From IMG/VR virus record IMGVR_UViG_2671180885_000005: DNA of 46,052 nucleotides; one strand, given 5' to 3'. Of this stretch, positions 9,106-17,547 are shown one piece after another; position 1 is the first letter of the stretch, and each line of letters opens with the position of its first letter. Under the pieces are notes generated by a model that ran no database searches, had not been told where the DNA came from, and worked only from the letters and a program-made list of their open reading frames with translations. Both the position numbers and the translations under genes were made by a program. Source of the DNA: a virus (lineage: Duplodnaviria > Heunggongvirae > Uroviricota > Caudoviricetes).

Positions 9106-10047
9106 ATGAGCACTAAATTAACCGGCTATGTATGGGATGGTTGCGCAGCGTCAGGCATGAAATTATCCAGCGTGGCAATTATGGCCCGCCTGGCTGATTT
9201 CAGTAATGACGAAGGTGTGTGCTGGCCATCAATTGAAACCATTGCCCGTCAGATTGGCGCGGGGATGAGTACCGTCAGGACGGCTATCGCACGGCTGGAA
9301 GCAGAAGGCTGGTTAACGCGTAAGGCGCGTCGCCAGGGTAACCGCAATGCGTCGAATGTTTATCAGCTTAACGTTGCGAAGCTTCAGGCAGCGGCATTTT
9401 CTCAACTGTCAGATTCTGACCCGTCAAAATCTGACGCATCAAAATCTGACCCGTCAAAATTTGATGCGTCGAAATCTGGCAAAAAAGCGGGTTTTCACCC
9501 GTCAGAATCTGGCGGGGATCCGTCAGTAAAATCAAAACATGATCCGTCAGATAAAAAACCTTCTCGTCCGGACGCTTCGCAACCGGACACGCAGACGGCT
9601 GAACAGTATTTTTTAACTCGCCATCCTGATGCGGTTGTATTCAGCCCTAAAAAGCGCCAGTGGGGGACGCAGGATGATTTGACCTGCGCACAGTGGCTCT
9701 GGAAAAAAATCATCGCCCTGTACGAGCAGGCCGCCGAATGTGACGGCGAGGTGGTTCGTCCCAAAGAACCGAACTGGACAGCCTGGGCAAACGAAATTCG
9801 CCTGATGTGTGTGCAGGATGGTCGTACTCACAAACAAATCTGCGAGATGTACAGCCGCGTCAGCCGCGATCCGTTCTGGTGCCGTAACGTGCTCAGCCCG
9901 TCGAAGCTGCGGGAAAAATGGGATGAGCTTTCCCTGCGCTTATCGCCGTCCGTAAGCACGTACACCGAAAAACGCGAAGACCCGTACTTCAAATCCAGTT
10001 ACGACAACGTGGACTACAGCCAGATCCCGGCAGGATTCAGGGGGTGA
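9106..10047 (+). CDS. phage replication initiation protein (O-like, N-terminal winged-helix)
   Basis: 313-aa ORF; N-terminal DNA-binding region (IETIARQIGAGMSTVRTAIARLEAEGWL); contains an internal array of ~15-bp iterons as in lambda O/ori. Confidence 0.8.
   Translation: MSTKLTGYVWDGCAASGMKLSSVAIMARLADFSNDEGVCWPSIETIARQIGAGMSTVRTAIARLEAEGWLTRKARRQGNRNASNVYQLNVAKLQAAAFSQLSDSDPSKSDASKSDPSKFDASKSGKKAGFHPSESGGDPSVKSKHDPSDKKPSRPDASQPDTQTAEQYFLTRHPDAVVFSPKKRQWGTQDDLTCAQWLWKKIIALYEQAAECDGEVVRPKEPNWTAWANEIRLMCVQDGRTHKQICEMYSRVSRDPFWCRNVLSPSKLREKWDELSLRLSPSVSTYTEKREDPYFKSSYDNVDYSQIPAGFRG
9406..9557 (+). repeat. iteron array (candidate origin of replication) inside the O-like gene
   Basis: Repeated ~15-bp units CCGTCAAAATCTGAC / GCATCAAAATCTGAC / CCGTCAAAATTTGAT / GCGTCGAAATCTGGC / CCGTCAGAATCTGGC / CCGTCAGTAAAATCA / CCGTCAGATAAAAAA visible in the sequence. 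Confidence 0.7.
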
Positions 10048-10049
10048 TC

Positions 10050-10538
10050 ATGAGTCTGTTAAATGACGTTCAGAAATTCATTGAAGCCCATCCGGGGTGT
10101 ACTTCCGGAGACATTGCGGATGCTTTTGCTGGTTACTCACGGCAGCGCGTTCTGCAGTCAGCAAGCAAGTTACGTCAGAGTGGGCGTGTGGCTCACCGTT
10201 GTGAAGGAGATACACGCAGACATTTCCCACGCCTGACTGAGAGAGCGCATGAGCCGGAACCACAACCAGTTCGTGAAACCAGACCTGTGCGCAATTTCTA
10301 TGTCGGCACTAACGATCCCCGGGTGATTTTGTGCCTGACCCGCCAGGCGGAAGAACTGGAGTCCAGGGGCTTATACCGTCGTGCTGCAACCTTGTGGATG
10401 GCGGCATTCCGTGAAAGCCACTCCCAGCCAGAACGAAACAATTTTCTGGCGCGTCGTGAGCGGTGCTTACGGAAAAGCAGCAAGCGCGCTGCATCGGGTG
10501 AAGAGTGGTATCTGTCAGGGAATTACGTGGGGGCTTAA
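10050..10538 (+). CDS. hypothetical protein (162 aa)
   Basis: ORF following the O-like gene, in the position of a helicase loader but without recognisable similarity; ATG at 10050 after a G-rich SD. Confidence 0.5.
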   Translation: MSLLNDVQKFIEAHPGCTSGDIADAFAGYSRQRVLQSASKLRQSGRVAHRCEGDTRRHFPRLTERAHEPEPQPVRETRPVRNFYVGTNDPRVILCLTRQAEELESRGLYRRAATLWMAAFRESHSQPERNNFLARRERCLRKSSKRAASGEEWYLSGNYVGA

Positions 10539-10864
10539 TGACGACGTTAACTCAATGCCAGCAGCAGGTGCTGGATATGCTGATTTCTTACCAGAAAGAA
10601 CGTGGCTTCCCGCCAACCAATCAGGAGGTGGCTACCATGCTGGGATACCGTTCAGTGAATGCAGCGGTGGAGCATCTTCGCGCACTGGAGAAAAAAGGCG
10701 TCATCACGATAAAGCGTGGCGTGGCACGGGGGATAACGCTTCATACCGCGGTGAAGGACGACGACAGCGAGGCGGTCGGGATTATCCGCTCACTGCTTGC
10801 CGGTGAGGAAAACGCCAGGCTGCGTGCAGCCCACTGGTTACATGAGAGGGGCCTGAAAGTATGA
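10538..10864 (+). CDS. LexA N-terminal DNA-binding-domain protein (no peptidase domain)
   Basis: MTTLTQCQQQVLDMLISYQKERGFPPTNQEVATMLGYRSVNAAVEHLRALEKKGVITIKRGVARGITL parallels the LexA N-terminal winged helix (LTARQQEV...MPPTRAEIA...[23 protein letters not shown]); only 108 aa, so the S24 domain is absent. Confidence 0.65.
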   Translation: MTTLTQCQQQVLDMLISYQKERGFPPTNQEVATMLGYRSVNAAVEHLRALEKKGVITIKRGVARGITLHTAVKDDDSEAVGIIRSLLAGEENARLRAAHWLHERGLKV

Positions 10865-11256
10865 AGCTGATCCTGCCTTTTCCGCCCAGCGTGAACACGT
10901 ACTGGCGACACCCCAACAAAGGGGCGTTTGCTGGTAAGAGCCTGATAAGCGCGGCGGGGCGCAAATTCCAGAGCGCGGCGTGTGCAGCAATAGTTGAGCA
11001 GTTACGTCGTCTGCCAAAACCAACGTCGGCACCTGCTTCAGTGGAGATCGTGTTGTTTCCTCCGGATAACCGGATCCGCGATCTGGACAACTATAACAAG
11101 GCGCTGTTTGACGCCCTGACCCACGCGGGTGTGTGGGAAGACGACAGACAGGTGAAAAGAATGCTGGTGGAGTGGGGACCGGTTATCCCGAAAGGGAAGG
11201 TCGAGATCACTATCACTAAGTACGAAAAAGCGAGTTGCAAATTAGCAACTCGGTAA
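10861..11256 (+). CDS. rusA: Holliday-junction resolvase RusA
   Basis: 131-aa ORF with motifs LPFPPSVNTYWRH...RDLDNYNKALFDALT...WEDDRQV typical of RusA. Confidence 0.85.
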   Translation: MKLILPFPPSVNTYWRHPNKGAFAGKSLISAAGRKFQSAACAAIVEQLRRLPKPTSAPASVEIVLFPPDNRIRDLDNYNKALFDALTHAGVWEDDRQVKRMLVEWGPVIPKGKVEITITKYEKASCKLATR

Positions 11257-11418
11257 CGGAATTGAGCAACACCCTAAATTTGGGTATTACCTCGTTAAAG
11301 ATACTGTATTTATGAACAGTGTATCCTTGATAACTATTAAAAATCGCAGTAAGTTCATCCTGCATCAACGAAAAGGGAGTGCAGTCCCGCTCGTGGATAA
11401 AAATTTGTGGAGAAACCA

Positions 11419-12234
11419 ATGAATCAGTTGCTTGTAATTGATGGCGTTTCTGTGCGCCAGTACTTCGAATCTAACTACTGTCTTAACGACCTTCAGAAAG
11501 CTGCTCTTCTTGCCGCTGGTGAGAATCGCTCCTCCCGTTCGCTGGAAGTTCACGAGTTTATGCGTCGTCCTGAAACGAAGGCTCTTGTGGAATTATTGGA
11601 AGAAGAAACTACGGGAGATTCCCGTAGTATTCCTGTCATCACCATTCAGGGGCGCAATGGTGGGACGTATGTCTGTAAAGAGCTGGTCTATGCATATGCA
11701 ATGTGGATCAGCCCGGCATTCAGCTTAAAAGTGATACGTACTTTTGATGCGCTTCATAATTCATCACCAGAAGAAACCACATCCGACAAAATTAAATCCG
11801 GGGTCATTCTGCTTGAATCAGCAGCAAAGACTCTAAATCTGTCAAACTCCTCGAAACTTGGTGCATACCAGAAATTATCAAAGGTAGCTGGTCTTCCTGA
11901 ACTTATGCCGATCTATGCCATTGATGCACCTGCTGATGCGCCAGATGGTTCAAGCCGCCCTACGCTGTCGCTGAGTGCACTGCTGAAGCAGTATGGTATC
12001 CGCCTGACGGCTAATCAGGCATATCACCAGATGGCGAAGCTGGGGATCGTTGAACAACGCGAACGATACAGCCGTACCGCAATTAACAACATTAAAAAAT
12101 TCTGGTCGCTGACGGCGAAAGGCTGCATGTTCGGCAAGAATATCACCAGTCCCGCAAATCCACGTGAGACGCAGCCGCATTTCTTCGAATCCCGATTCCC
12201 TGAGCTGTTAAAGCTGCTCGATACCGTTCATTGA
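11419..12234 (+). CDS. KilA-N domain protein
   Basis: ATG at 11419 after GGAGA; segment GTYVCKELVYAYAMWISPAFSLKVIRTFD matches the KilA-N domain signature. Confidence 0.7.
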   Translation: MNQLLVIDGVSVRQYFESNYCLNDLQKAALLAAGENRSSRSLEVHEFMRRPETKALVELLEEETTGDSRSIPVITIQGRNGGTYVCKELVYAYAMWISPAFSLKVIRTFDALHNSSPEETTSDKIKSGVILLESAAKTLNLSNSSKLGAYQKLSKVAGLPELMPIYAIDAPADAPDGSSRPTLSLSALLKQYGIRLTANQAYHQMAKLGIVEQRERYSRTAINNIKKFWSLTAKGCMFGKNITSPANPRETQPHFFESRFPELLKLLDTVH

Positions 12235-12235
12235 G

Positions 12236-13231
12236 GTGACCGTGAGAGCACTACTGACCCCTGAAATTGCCCCGCGTATGGGGATCGTATTGTTCAGGCC
12301 AGGTTCAGAGCTGATGCCCCTGTTTATGCAGGGGCGAGTCCTGCTGGAGCCTGAGCCGGAACGTTATTCATCTTTCGCCAGTGGTGCCGTTCCGGCGGCA
12401 TCACAACCGCTGGCGGATGATCCTGCCGTTCGGGCCGTGTTCCGCAATGAGGCAGTGATCCGTCGTGCTGGTGGCGTGGAATGTCTTGAAAGCTGGTTAC
12501 TTCGTGAAAAAGGCTGCCAGTGGCCTCATTCCGACTGGCACAGCGAGAACATGACCACAATGCGACACGTGCCGGGCGCAATCCGTCTGTGCTGGCACTG
12601 CGATAACCAGATGCGCGATCAGTTCACGGAACGGCTGGAATCAATGGCAACGGATAACTGTGCCCGCTGGGTGTTGTCTGTTGTGCGTCGGGATCTCGGT
12701 TTTGATGACAGTCACGTTGTGACAATGCCGGAACTGTGCTGGTGGCTGATTCGTAATGATCTGGCGGATGCCTTACCGGAAAGTGCAGCCCGTAAGGCAC
12801 TGAGATTACCGAAGCCTGTTGTGCCGTCTGTTACCCGGGAAAGTGACCTTGTGCCTTCGGTTCCTGCCACCAGCATCATCCTGGATAAGGCGAAAAAGGT
12901 GCTGGCGCTGAAAGTGGATCCGGAGTCGCCGGAGTCTTTTATGTTACGCCCCAAACGTCGCCGCTGGGTTAATGAAAAGTACACGCGCTGGGTTAAGACA
13001 CAGCCGTGTGCATGTTGTGGAAGGCCCGCTGATGATCCCCATCACCTGATAGGTTACGGTCAGGGTGGAATGGGAACAAAAGCGCATGACCTTTTTGTGT
13101 TGCCTTTGTGCAGAAAGCATCACGACGAGCTGCATGCGGATACCGTGGCATTTGAAGAGAAGTATGGCTCCCAACTGGAGCTGATATTTCGTTTTATCGA
13201 TCGCGCGCTGGCGATTGGTGTGTTGGCCTGA
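12236..13231 (+). CDS. DUF968-family protein (YdfU-like) with C-terminal Cys/His motif
   Basis: 331-aa ORF (GTG start); C-terminal CACCGRPADDPHH...CRKHHDELH resembles the DUF968/HNH-like region of Qin-prophage YdfU. Confidence 0.65.
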   Translation: MTVRALLTPEIAPRMGIVLFRPGSELMPLFMQGRVLLEPEPERYSSFASGAVPAASQPLADDPAVRAVFRNEAVIRRAGGVECLESWLLREKGCQWPHSDWHSENMTTMRHVPGAIRLCWHCDNQMRDQFTERLESMATDNCARWVLSVVRRDLGFDDSHVVTMPELCWWLIRNDLADALPESAARKALRLPKPVVPSVTRESDLVPSVPATSIILDKAKKVLALKVDPESPESFMLRPKRRRWVNEKYTRWVKTQPCACCGRPADDPHHLIGYGQGGMGTKAHDLFVLPLCRKHHDELHADTVAFEEKYGSQLELIFRFIDRALAIGVLA

Positions 13232-13248
13232 TTTGGTGGAGAAAGTTG

Positions 13249-13614
13249 ATGCGTGATATTCAGATGGTTCTGGAGCGTTGGGGAGCATGGGCGGCGAGTG
13301 ATAGTTCTGGAGTAGACTATTCGCCTATAGCTGCTGGGTTTAAGGGGCTTCTTCCCTACACAAGCAAAACACGTCAGGCTTGTTCAGATAGTGATGCATT
13401 AATTATTGAAGGTTGTCTTGCTCGTCTAAAGCAAAAAAAGCCAGATGAGCACTCGCTGCTTGTGGCACATTATTTATACAGAATATCCAAGCGTAAGATT
13501 GCAAAGGTGCGTGGAAAGGATGAAAAATTGGTACGCATAGAAATACAACTAGCCGAAGGATTTATTGATGGTTGCCTTTCAATGTTGGATGTTAACCTTG
13601 AAATGGACGCTTAG
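13249..13614 (+). CDS. late-gene antiterminator Q (QuuD-type)
   Basis: N-terminus MRDIQMVLERWGAWAA... matches my recollection of DLP12 QuuD and related Q proteins; GGAGA SD before the ATG at 13249. Confidence 0.8.
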   Translation: MRDIQMVLERWGAWAASDSSGVDYSPIAAGFKGLLPYTSKTRQACSDSDALIIEGCLARLKQKKPDEHSLLVAHYLYRISKRKIAKVRGKDEKLVRIEIQLAEGFIDGCLSMLDVNLEMDA

Positions 13615-13620
13615 GGTTGC

Positions 13621-13650
13621 ACAGGTTGGCCCCATATGAGGCCAACCTGT
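13621..13650. promoter_or_regulatory. perfect 11-bp-stem hairpin (ACAGGTTGGCC / GGCCAACCTGT, 8-nt loop)
   Basis: Seen directly; lies between the Q stop and the stop of the convergent minus-strand membrane-protein gene, with no adjacent U-tract on either strand. Confidence 0.4.
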
Positions 13651-14099
13651 CACAAGTGGGGGAAGATTTTTCGTAACACTAACCAACACCTTCCGAAGGT
13701 ATATAGCGAAATTATAAGGGAGGATAAGCCTAACAGTATGAATAGGAAATCAATAGGTTTGCCCGCAACAATAACATCATCAGGTAGAAACATCGCTATC
13801 AATGGAAATATACATGCGACGATGAGAGTTAACCCTGTTGAAAGTAATCTATTTACCAGAGTTGGTAACACGTTGTTTTGCTTAAGGGCATTAATTGCTC
13901 CTTCCTTATCGCTGTTTGCACTACTAAATATAGATATTGCAGCCAGAACAAAACCAAACAGGATGCCTGATATAGTCGAGAGCACCCCCGCTGTTGTGAG
14001 TACGTCAGCATGCTTCATCGGTTTAAACAGTTTTGTCGCTGCATAGGTCAACAGAATCCAGAGGACGCATTTCCAGAGAAAAGTGGCTAATTCTCTCAT
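13650..14099 (-). CDS. small polytopic membrane protein (about four predicted TM helices), cargo gene 2
   Basis: Start taken at the ATG at 14099 with GGAGG 5 nt upstream; four hydrophobic stretches (FLWKCVLWILLTYAATKLF; VLTTAGVLSTISGILFGFVLAAISIF; STGLTLIVACIFPLIAMFL; IDFLFILLGLSSLIISLYTF); 21 bp after the stop of the upstream gene. Confidence 0.6.
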   Translation of the reverse strand: MRELATFLWKCVLWILLTYAATKLFKPMKHADVLTTAGVLSTISGILFGFVLAAISIFSSANSDKEGAINALKQNNVLPTLVNRLLSTGLTLIVACIFPLIAMFLPDDVIVAGKPIDFLFILLGLSSLIISLYTFGRCWLVLRKIFPHL

Positions 14100-14120
14100 T
14101 GTGTCCTCCATGCTTGGTTA

Positions 14121-15062
14121 TTAGTCTCTGCTAGCGAGCTCATACTGTGCAAGATAGTTCGCGTTATCAATTTTAGCAGATATCATCGCCGTTCTGATAT
14201 CAGAATCGGATGGATAACCGCTTTTGACAATGATTGTCTTTGTACTGACCAATACTTGGTCAAGTAGACTTTTGGGCGTTCTATTGGATGGCTCTGTTAC
14301 ATCAATTTTTTTAATTTTTAGACCTCCAGAACCTTTTGGAAAAAGTTCAAGTAGTTCCTTAATAGCATCGGTGACAGAAGTTTTTAGATAGTTAAACCCT
14401 TGTTTTTTCGGGCGAATCCGACCTCGCATATTTAATCTTAGATGCGACCCGCCCATACCAACAACCATGTCAATAATTTCATTAGCTAAAGGGTTTTTAA
14501 TCTTATAATTAGCTTTGTTAAAGTTTCTTGGAGCAGCAACTATAAGATCGAAACTACGTAGGATATTTCCGTCCTCAAGCAGTTCCTTCATGCTCTCTTG
14601 TTTCCAAATGGCTTCAAAAGTGACGCTTTTTAAATCAGTTTTGTTATACAAAATGAATGCCAGATCATTTACTTTGGGCCCTATATGGTTGAGGGTCATA
14701 GCTAATAAGTCCGTTTCGTAGTAATAGATAAAATATGTTCTTTCAACTACAGAATCTTTATCATTTAAAGGAATTGTTCTCTCACTACCTGTAGCATCCT
14801 CGATGAACGGTAGTAGGCATTCCCTTCTCCACGATACGTAACCAAAGTAACATTGCAGTGTGGTATCTTTTTGAAGAATAACTAACTTTAACCCTCGATT
14901 TGGGGTGTATGTTGTGTAAGTTATTGGAAAAGTTACAGTATCTGCTGTGGTCATTTGCTCAAAGGCTAGTTTTGCAGCAGATGTGCCATCTTTTTTGCTT
15001 CCATTACCAGTGAAAAAACCAACTCTCACTCGCCTGGTTTTATTCTTATTTTCTGTACTCAT
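14121..15062 (-). CDS. hypothetical soluble protein (313 aa), cargo gene 1
   Basis: Long AT-rich ORF antisense to the phage late genes, in the Q–holin moron position; no family recognised by eye. Confidence 0.6.
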   Translation of the reverse strand: MSTENKNKTRRVRVGFFTGNGSKKDGTSAAKLAFEQMTTADTVTFPITYTTYTPNRGLKLVILQKDTTLQCYFGYVSWRRECLLPFIEDATGSERTIPLNDKDSVVERTYFIYYYETDLLAMTLNHIGPKVNDLAFILYNKTDLKSVTFEAIWKQESMKELLEDGNILRSFDLIVAAPRNFNKANYKIKNPLANEIIDMVVGMGGSHLRLNMRGRIRPKKQGFNYLKTSVTDAIKELLELFPKGSGGLKIKKIDVTEPSNRTPKSLLDQVLVSTKTIIVKSGYPSDSDIRTAMISAKIDNANYLAQYELASRD

Positions 15063-15184
15063 TATCGATCCGAAATAATTTTAGCAACCGTGTGAAAAAT
15101 ACAACAAAAAAAAGAGGAAATCATTAGCGCGGTCCGCAAAAAACATTGTAATCTGTTAAGAGTGGTTACTTCGCCACACAGCTT

Positions 15185-15215
15185 AAACCCGCCGTCGAGC
15201 GGGTTTTGTCGTTTC
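15185..15215 (+). terminator. candidate tR'-like intrinsic terminator upstream of the lysis cassette
   Basis: Hairpin AAACCCGC-CGTCGA-GCGGGTTT followed by TGTCGTTTCTG (U-rich) on the plus strand. Confidence 0.45.
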
Positions 15216-15358
15216 TGTGGCTGGGGATTCGTTGGTCTTGGCCTATTCCGCAGTTCTCCATCGGTTCGGCTTCTTTGATGTTTCCGCTTCTGATTTGCGG
15301 TACATGATGTTCCCTCAATTTGCACCTGCTGTATCAGCGAGGTGAGAGATAACTACAA

Positions 15359-15685
15359 ATGCCTCATAACCCAAATACCTGGCTGGAGTTGGTCCAGAGC
15401 TGGTGGCGTGGAGACACACCGCTGGGCGCAGTGATTATGTCGATCGTTATGGCTGGCTTGCGCATTGCCTATTTTGGCGGTGGTGGTGGCTGGAAACGAA
15501 AAACGCTCGAGATTTTGCTCTGTGGTGCTCTGACGCTGACTTTTGCATCCGCTCTTGAGTATGTCGGATGGCCTAAATCTCTTTCTGTTGCCATTGGTGG
15601 CGGCGTTGGGCTGATCGGGGTCGATGCTATTCGTGGGGCTGCAATGAGAGTAATCGGTAATAAGTTTGGTGGCTCTAAGGAGTAA
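15359..15685 (+). CDS. holin
   Basis: 108-aa protein with hydrophobic TM segments, immediately upstream of endolysin R; SD GAGGTGAGAG. Confidence 0.8.
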   Translation: MPHNPNTWLELVQSWWRGDTPLGAVIMSIVMAGLRIAYFGGGGGWKRKTLEILLCGALTLTFASALEYVGWPKSLSVAIGGGVGLIGVDAIRGAAMRVIGNKFGGSKE

Positions 15686-15688
15686 TTT

Positions 15689-16171
15689 ATGCAGGTACTA
15701 AATTCCCAGCGTAAAGCTTTCCTCGATATGGTGGCATGGTCAGAAGGAACGGATAACGGGCGACAACCGACACGTAACCACGGTTATGACGTTATTGTCG
15801 GAGGTGAACTGTTCACTGATTACTCCGATCACCCTCGCAAACTTGTCACGCTAAACCCGAAACTTAAATCAACAGCCGCAGGACGTTATCAGCTTCTTTC
15901 ACGCTGGTGGGATGCTTACCGTAAGCAGCTTGGGCTGAAAGACTTCTCTCCAAAAAGCCAGGATGCTGTGGCATTGCAGCAGATTAAAGAGCGTGGTGCT
16001 TTACCGATGATTGATCGCGGCGATATCCGTCAGGCTATTGATCGTTGCAGCAATATCTGGGCGTCATTGCCGGGCGCTGGTTATGGTCAGTTCGAACATA
16101 AGGTTGACAGCCTGATTGAAAAATTCAAAGAATCGGGCGGAACGGTCAGAGAAATTCAGCTATATGAGTAG
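15689..16171 (+). CDS. R: endolysin (lambda R-type lytic transglycosylase)
   Basis: Near-identity to my recollection of lambda R ([58 protein letters not shown]...). Confidence 0.95.
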   Translation: MQVLNSQRKAFLDMVAWSEGTDNGRQPTRNHGYDVIVGGELFTDYSDHPRKLVTLNPKLKSTAAGRYQLLSRWWDAYRKQLGLKDFSPKSQDAVALQQIKERGALPMIDRGDIRQAIDRCSNIWASLPGAGYGQFEHKVDSLIEKFKESGGTVREIQLYE

Positions 16172-16628
16172 AGTAACTGCGATTCTGTCCTCTCTGGTTA
16201 TCTGCATCATCGTCTGCCTATCATGGGCTGTTAATCATTATCGTGATAACGCCATCGCCTACAAAGAACAGCGCGATAAAGCGAAGGAAAAACTCAGCCA
16301 GGCGAACGCCACCATTACTGAGATGCAGCAGCGCCAGCGTGATGTTTCTGCGCTCGATGCGAAATACACCGGAGAACTTGCAAATGCTAAAGCAACTATT
16401 GAACAGCTTCAGCGTGATGTTGCTGTTGGCACTAAGCGGCTGTTCCTCGCCGCTAGTTGCCCGAGAGTGCAATCAACGACCATTACCACCAGCCTGGATG
16501 ATGCTACCGCCCCCCGACTTACTGACACCGCTCAACGGGATTATTTCACCCTCAGAGAGAGAATTGAAATCAGTTATAAACAGATAAGAGCATTGCAGGA
16601 CTATATCTCTAGTCAGTGTGAAAACTAA
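16164..16628 (+). CDS. Rz: i-spanin Rz
   Basis: [31 protein letters not shown]... closely resembles lambda Rz; start overlaps the R stop. Confidence 0.9.
   Translation: MSRVTAILSSLVICIIVCLSWAVNHYRDNAIAYKEQRDKAKEKLSQANATITEMQQRQRDVSALDAKYTGELANAKATIEQLQRDVAVGTKRLFLAASCPRVQSTTITTSLDDATAPRLTDTAQRDYFTLRERIEISYKQIRALQDYISSQCEN
16384..16587 (+). CDS. Rz1: o-spanin Rz1 (lipoprotein, embedded in Rz in the +1 frame)
   Basis: [20 protein letters not shown]... (lipobox LSGC) then proline-rich [26 protein letters not shown], as in lambda Rz1. Confidence 0.8.
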   Translation: MLKQLLNSFSVMLLLALSGCSSPLVARECNQRPLPPAWMMLPPPDLLTPLNGIISPSERELKSVINR

Positions 16629-16709
16629 AATTGCTTTCGATGTATGGATCTGGACATCTTTTTTTTCTACTATGCTGACTGAGAATTGAAACGTATATGG
16701 ATATTCTAT

Positions 16710-17468
16710 ATGAAAAGAAAAAAATTAGAAGGTCCCGGGTGTGAATCATATGAAGGGTTAGATGTTGAATATTATATTGATTCCGAAACGGGGGAATTTA
16801 AAGCGGTTTATACATTCAATAATGAAATTGTAGATCGCATAAAATTGAGTGGGCGTATTGCCGATAGAGCATCTTCACTGTCCCTAATTCATAGGGACTT
16901 AAAAAGTGCTAAAGAGTGGTACCAAATAGCTAATGAACTGGCAGGGAGAAACGAATTAAGGACAGATGGCAAGTTATACGGGAATATACTTGATCTAGAT
17001 TTATCAAGTGAAATTAGAGCGTTATTTGTGGCAAGCCTAACGTTTTATGGTAAAGCTTTCTCTGAAACTAAAGGGAGAAAGTTAAAGATGGAGCGTGATT
17101 GGCTTGATTCTGAATATTTTGGGTTGCATGACTGTATTATTAACTACAGGCATAATTTTGCAGCACATAGCGGCAACCAAGACTATGAGTCAGCAGAAAC
17201 TTCATTGTTACTAATAAGGAAAAATGGGAAAACATTTTATCAAGCAGTGACAGATAGAAAACAACTGAGCATGATTGGTGTCGAGGACGAGCATGTTGAT
17301 ATGATTAATTTATTTGAACATGCGATACAGGTTGTTGAGAAAAAATATAATGAAACATTAGAGAGAATTAGAACCTATGTCATGCAAAAGAGTTATTCTT
17401 TTTGGTGTTTAGCTGCCACAGGGAAAGATCCCGTCAATTTAGATAAGTTAAATAAGAAGAAAAAATAA
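16710..17468 (+). CDS. hypothetical AT-rich accessory (moron) protein, ~252 aa
   Basis: ORF after the lysis cassette and before the packaging genes, with composition visibly more AT-rich than flanking phage genes; start uncertain (TTG 16686 or ATG 16710). Confidence 0.5.
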   Translation: MKRKKLEGPGCESYEGLDVEYYIDSETGEFKAVYTFNNEIVDRIKLSGRIADRASSLSLIHRDLKSAKEWYQIANELAGRNELRTDGKLYGNILDLDLSSEIRALFVASLTFYGKAFSETKGRKLKMERDWLDSEYFGLHDCIINYRHNFAAHSGNQDYESAETSLLLIRKNGKTFYQAVTDRKQLSMIGVEDEHVDMINLFEHAIQVVEKKYNETLERIRTYVMQKSYSFWCLAATGKDPVNLDKLNKKKK

Positions 17469-17503
17469 ACCTACTCTTCACATTAGTAACATTAGTAGAT
17501 GCG

Positions 17504-17536
17504 AAGCCACTAGCAATCGATGGTGGCTTTTTTATT
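17504..17536 (+). terminator. candidate rho-independent terminator
   Basis: AAGCCAC ... GTGGCTT stem followed by TTTTTTATT. Confidence 0.5.
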
Positions 17537-17547
17537 GGAGCTTACCA

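Noticed and set aside
9406-9557. CRISPR array or tandem-repeat protein hypothesis for the repeated ~15-bp units
   Set aside because: The repeats are in-frame inside the O-like replication gene, have no unique spacers, and match the iteron organisation of lambdoid origins.
13650-15062. Assigning the cargo cassette to a named defence system (Kiwa, CBASS, Pycsar)
   Set aside because: I see no CD-NTase GS...DxD motif or other diagnostic signature, and the gene order (soluble protein first, membrane protein second) and sizes do not match Kiwa as I recall it; no family name can be supported without a profile search.
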